Assembly: GCA_045224895.1 (NCBI GenBank)
Contig: JBGVAT010000051.1
Coordinates: 2,316 to 66,315, forward strand
Length of the DNA stretch: 64,000 bases
Reading direction: 5' to 3'
From: Fibrobacter sp.
GTDB taxonomy: Bacteria; Fibrobacterota; Fibrobacteria; Fibrobacterales; Fibrobacteraceae
Shown one piece after another: positions 61,911 through 64,000 of the stretch. Within the stretch, counting starts at the first letter, position 1. Every line of letters begins with the position of its first letter. The position numbers and the translations under genes are program-made. Under the pieces are notes generated by a model. The model did not search any database, had not been told where the DNA came from, and worked only from the letters and a program-made list of their open reading frames with translations.

Positions 61911-64000
61911 ATGAATCAGCAAGCTTGCCTAAAAGATGGAATACAAGTTGATGGAACATTGATTAATGACTTGGCCAGCGCGTTGAAGTCGTTGACAACT
62001 GCCTCAGAAAAAGATTTTGAAACCATCAAGAATTATCCTTGGTACAAGCGACTCTTTGATATGGTGACGCTTTCCAATAACAGGGAAATTCATTTGGCAA
62101 ATCAAATTAGTTCCTTGGCGCAAGCACAGAACATTTTGATAGAAATATTGATTCGATTGGCTGAGTCTAGCGCCGAAGTTTCCAAATTAGTGTACTCAGC
62201 AAAACAGGATATTGAAAAACTTTCACAACATGATTTAGTGTTGTTGAAAAAGATAAAGACCCTTGAAAATGTGAGTCTTGATGTCAAGAAAGATACCGAT
62301 ATTAGTACCTTGTCAAGTCGCGAAAAGTGTATTTTGAGCGCATGTCTTTTTAAAATCGCGGAGATGGTAGGGACCCCTTCTCAAGACCAACAGGATTTTG
62401 CAAGCGTCGTCCAACGCTATATTGGTGAATCAGCTCAAATAAAAGATCCGTTTGGCGCTTTGGCAACTGTTGAGGAATCCGCCAGGAAGAAAATGTTGGC
62501 GACATGTATGCAGTATATGTATTTGAAATCGCATTCATTTAATGATATTGATGAAGATGTTGTTTGTGAATTTGATCTTGGTGGAAAGACTATTAAATCC
62601 ATTAAGGAACAGATTGAAAATGTTATGCGGTTGAATGGCGTTGATGGCTTGCTGTATAGGTATCAAGTTGATGAAGTTGAGGATGTCGGGGAAATTTTTG
62701 ATGTTGAATTAGATGACCCTTCAGTAAAAAAGGGTGGTTTGGAACCGCCTGAAATAGGTCCGTCTTATGAACCGAAACAACGCATAGATATTGACCATAT
62801 TTTACGCATCCTCCCTGGTGAAGTAAAATATTACGAAAACAGCGAAATCCATGTAAAGTCCTTTGTGAAGTGTGAAGGCTCGATAGAATTTAAGAATTGT
62901 ATTATTTACTATAACGAAATTGCGGGTGGATTTAATATAGCTTTTGCGGATGGAGCTGGCGTTGTTATCGAAAATTGCCGAATTATTTGCAAAGGGAATG
63001 CTGAAAATTACTTTATTGTATCTGATCATATTGGATATCGTCCTTCTTTGAACGCCTCTGTAAAAAATTCCTGTTTAAAAGATTGTGCGAAATTTTTGAG
63101 TACTAGTAGTGGGAAAATTTCATTTGACCATTGCTCTTTTGAAAATTGCATTCAGGATGTCGTAAATTGCTCTGGCGATTTTTTTATACGTGACTGTTCA
63201 TGCTTGTGGAATGCAGACGTTGCTCCCTTTGTAGATAAATCGAAAGGTTATTGGATTTTTTCTTGCGGATGGGGAAAGTGTATTGTAGAAAATTGCCGTT
63301 TTGAGCGGTTAGGTGAGATTGATGAAAAAATCAGAAAAACCTTGTTTTCGGGAACTTGTGATACAATAAGTGTGAAAAATTGTGAGTTTTGTAATTTAAG
63401 AAGTGTGCTTGACTTATCAATCTATGAAGGTGATCGACAGAATAAGACTGTTTTAAATTCAAAGTTCATTAACTGTCAGGAAGTTTTAAATGGCTATAAA
63501 GGTCTATACCTTGATAACTGTATCTTTGAAAAGTGTTCATACATTTGTCCGAACTCAGCTTCACAGGAATTCTATTACTGTCTGTTTGTAGATATTACGG
63601 ATGTGATTGCAAATTATACTAAGGCTGAATTCAATTATTGTGAATTTTTTAACATCAGTGATTCATCAGTCGAAGATGATTTCTTTTATAATGGAGTTTT
63701 TTATTTAGAAGAAGGCAGCTGCCTAGATCATTGTATTTTTGATGGAATTTCTCTAGAAAAAGGCTTGTTGATAAAAACATTATTTGATTGCAAAAAGGAA
63801 TATGCAGTATCTGTAAAAAATTCCGTTTTCCAAAACTGCTATGCCAAGAATGGTTACCTTATTGAACGTTCCAAAACAATTGAGGGACGTATTTGGGATA
63901 CTCATGTAAAAACACCTGTTTCTGTCTATAATTGTACGGGATTGGATGACATCCGTAGTGCGCCTACCCCCCATTCGAATTATGCAATTCGAACTACAAA
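61911..64000 (+). CDS. Unknown protein B (partial, >=696 aa): helical N-terminal region + Cys-rich parallel beta-helix-like repeats
   Basis: Hand translation from ATG 61911 (1 nt after the stop of A) found no stop to position 64000. Repeats include FKNCIIY, IENCRIIC, FDHCSFENC, VENCRFERL, VKNCEFCNL, LDNCIFEKC, FNYCEFF, LDHCIFDG, FQNCYA. It is absent from the ORF track because it has no stop in the window. Confidence 0.65.
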   Translation, partial: MNQQACLKDGIQVDGTLINDLASALKSLTTASEKDFETIKNYPWYKRLFDMVTLSNNREIHLANQISSLAQAQNILIEILIRLAESSAEVSKLVYSAKQDIEKLSQHDLVLLKKIKTLENVSLDVKKDTDISTLSSREKCILSACLFKIAEMVGTPSQDQQDFASVVQRYIGESAQIKDPFGALATVEESARKKMLATCMQYMYLKSHSFNDIDEDVVCEFDLGGKTIKSIKEQIENVMRLNGVDGLLYRYQVDEVEDVGEIFDVELDDPSVKKGGLEPPEIGPSYEPKQRIDIDHILRILPGEVKYYENSEIHVKSFVKCEGSIEFKNCIIYYNEIAGGFNIAFADGAGVVIENCRIICKGNAENYFIVSDHIGYRPSLNASVKNSCLKDCAKFLSTSSGKISFDHCSFENCIQDVVNCSGDFFIRDCSCLWNADVAPFVDKSKGYWIFSCGWGKCIVENCRFERLGEIDEKIRKTLFSGTCDTISVKNCEFCNLRSVLDLSIYEGDRQNKTVLNSKFINCQEVLNGYKGLYLDNCIFEKCSYICPNSASQEFYYCLFVDITDVIANYTKAEFNYCEFFNISDSSVEDDFFYNGVFYLEEGSCLDHCIFDGISLEKGLLIKTLFDCKKEYAVSVKNSVFQNCYAKNGYLIERSKTIEGRIWDTHVKTPVSVYNCTGLDDIRSAPTPHSNYAIRTT

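Overview
The window looks like a chromosomal segment of a Fibrobacter-type (Fibrobacterota) genome. That taxon call is inference. It rests on prepilin-leader 'pilin-like' paralogs, secreted GH3/GH8/other glycoside hydrolases with basic C-termini, a TIGR02147-like regulator and a dispersed family of GC-rich REP-like hairpins. Layout: (i) 0.3-8.3 kb holds a Ser/Thr kinase plus membrane/TPR-like protein, a LOG-family protein, a large radical-SAM fusion protein and a degenerate GGDEF protein. (ii) 8.6-13.4 kb is a rearranged block with three pilin-like genes (one 5'-truncated), two LtaS-like membrane enzymes in inverted orientation and two decayed Rpn/YhgA-like nuclease genes. (iii) 13.4-31.1 kb is a visibly AT-rich surface-glycan locus. 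It carries a GT-C-like membrane protein, GT4, GT2, glf plus a large GlfT-like GT, a TagD-like cytidylyltransferase, LicD, Wzm/Wzt-type ABC exporter genes, an ArnC-like GT2, a Gfo/Idh/MocA oxidoreductase, an ATP-grasp enzyme and a WecE-like aminotransferase. This locus is interrupted by a toxin-antitoxin-like remnant and by a plus-strand DUF3791-DUF3990-DUF3791 cassette. (iv) A higB / higA-ImmA-fusion pair lies behind a promoter region with paired palindromes and a T11(GT)3G11 tract. (v) Next come GH3, tRNA-CAU, a glgA-like gene, a lipoprotein, a porin, a LolA-like/beta-sandwich/OMP/recF string, mscL, an EamA transporter and coaE. (vi) Then come secreted lipoprotein and hydrolase genes, an exported barnase-family RNase, queC-queD-queE with a candidate preQ1-type leader, an acyltransferase, a TIGR03905-like gene, an orphan vsr and GH8. 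(vii) An AT-rich terminal block (60.3-64 kb) has two translationally coupled genes I cannot assign to any family; the second is open to the window end and is absent from the ORF track. No rRNA, CRISPR array, intact transposase or integrase was seen. The best candidates for something undescribed are the terminal two-gene module, the DUF3791/DUF3990 cassette, the pilin-like/silent-copy/Rpn block and the ATP-grasp/ArnC-like amino-sugar operon. All functional calls come from motif recognition by eye; no searches were run.
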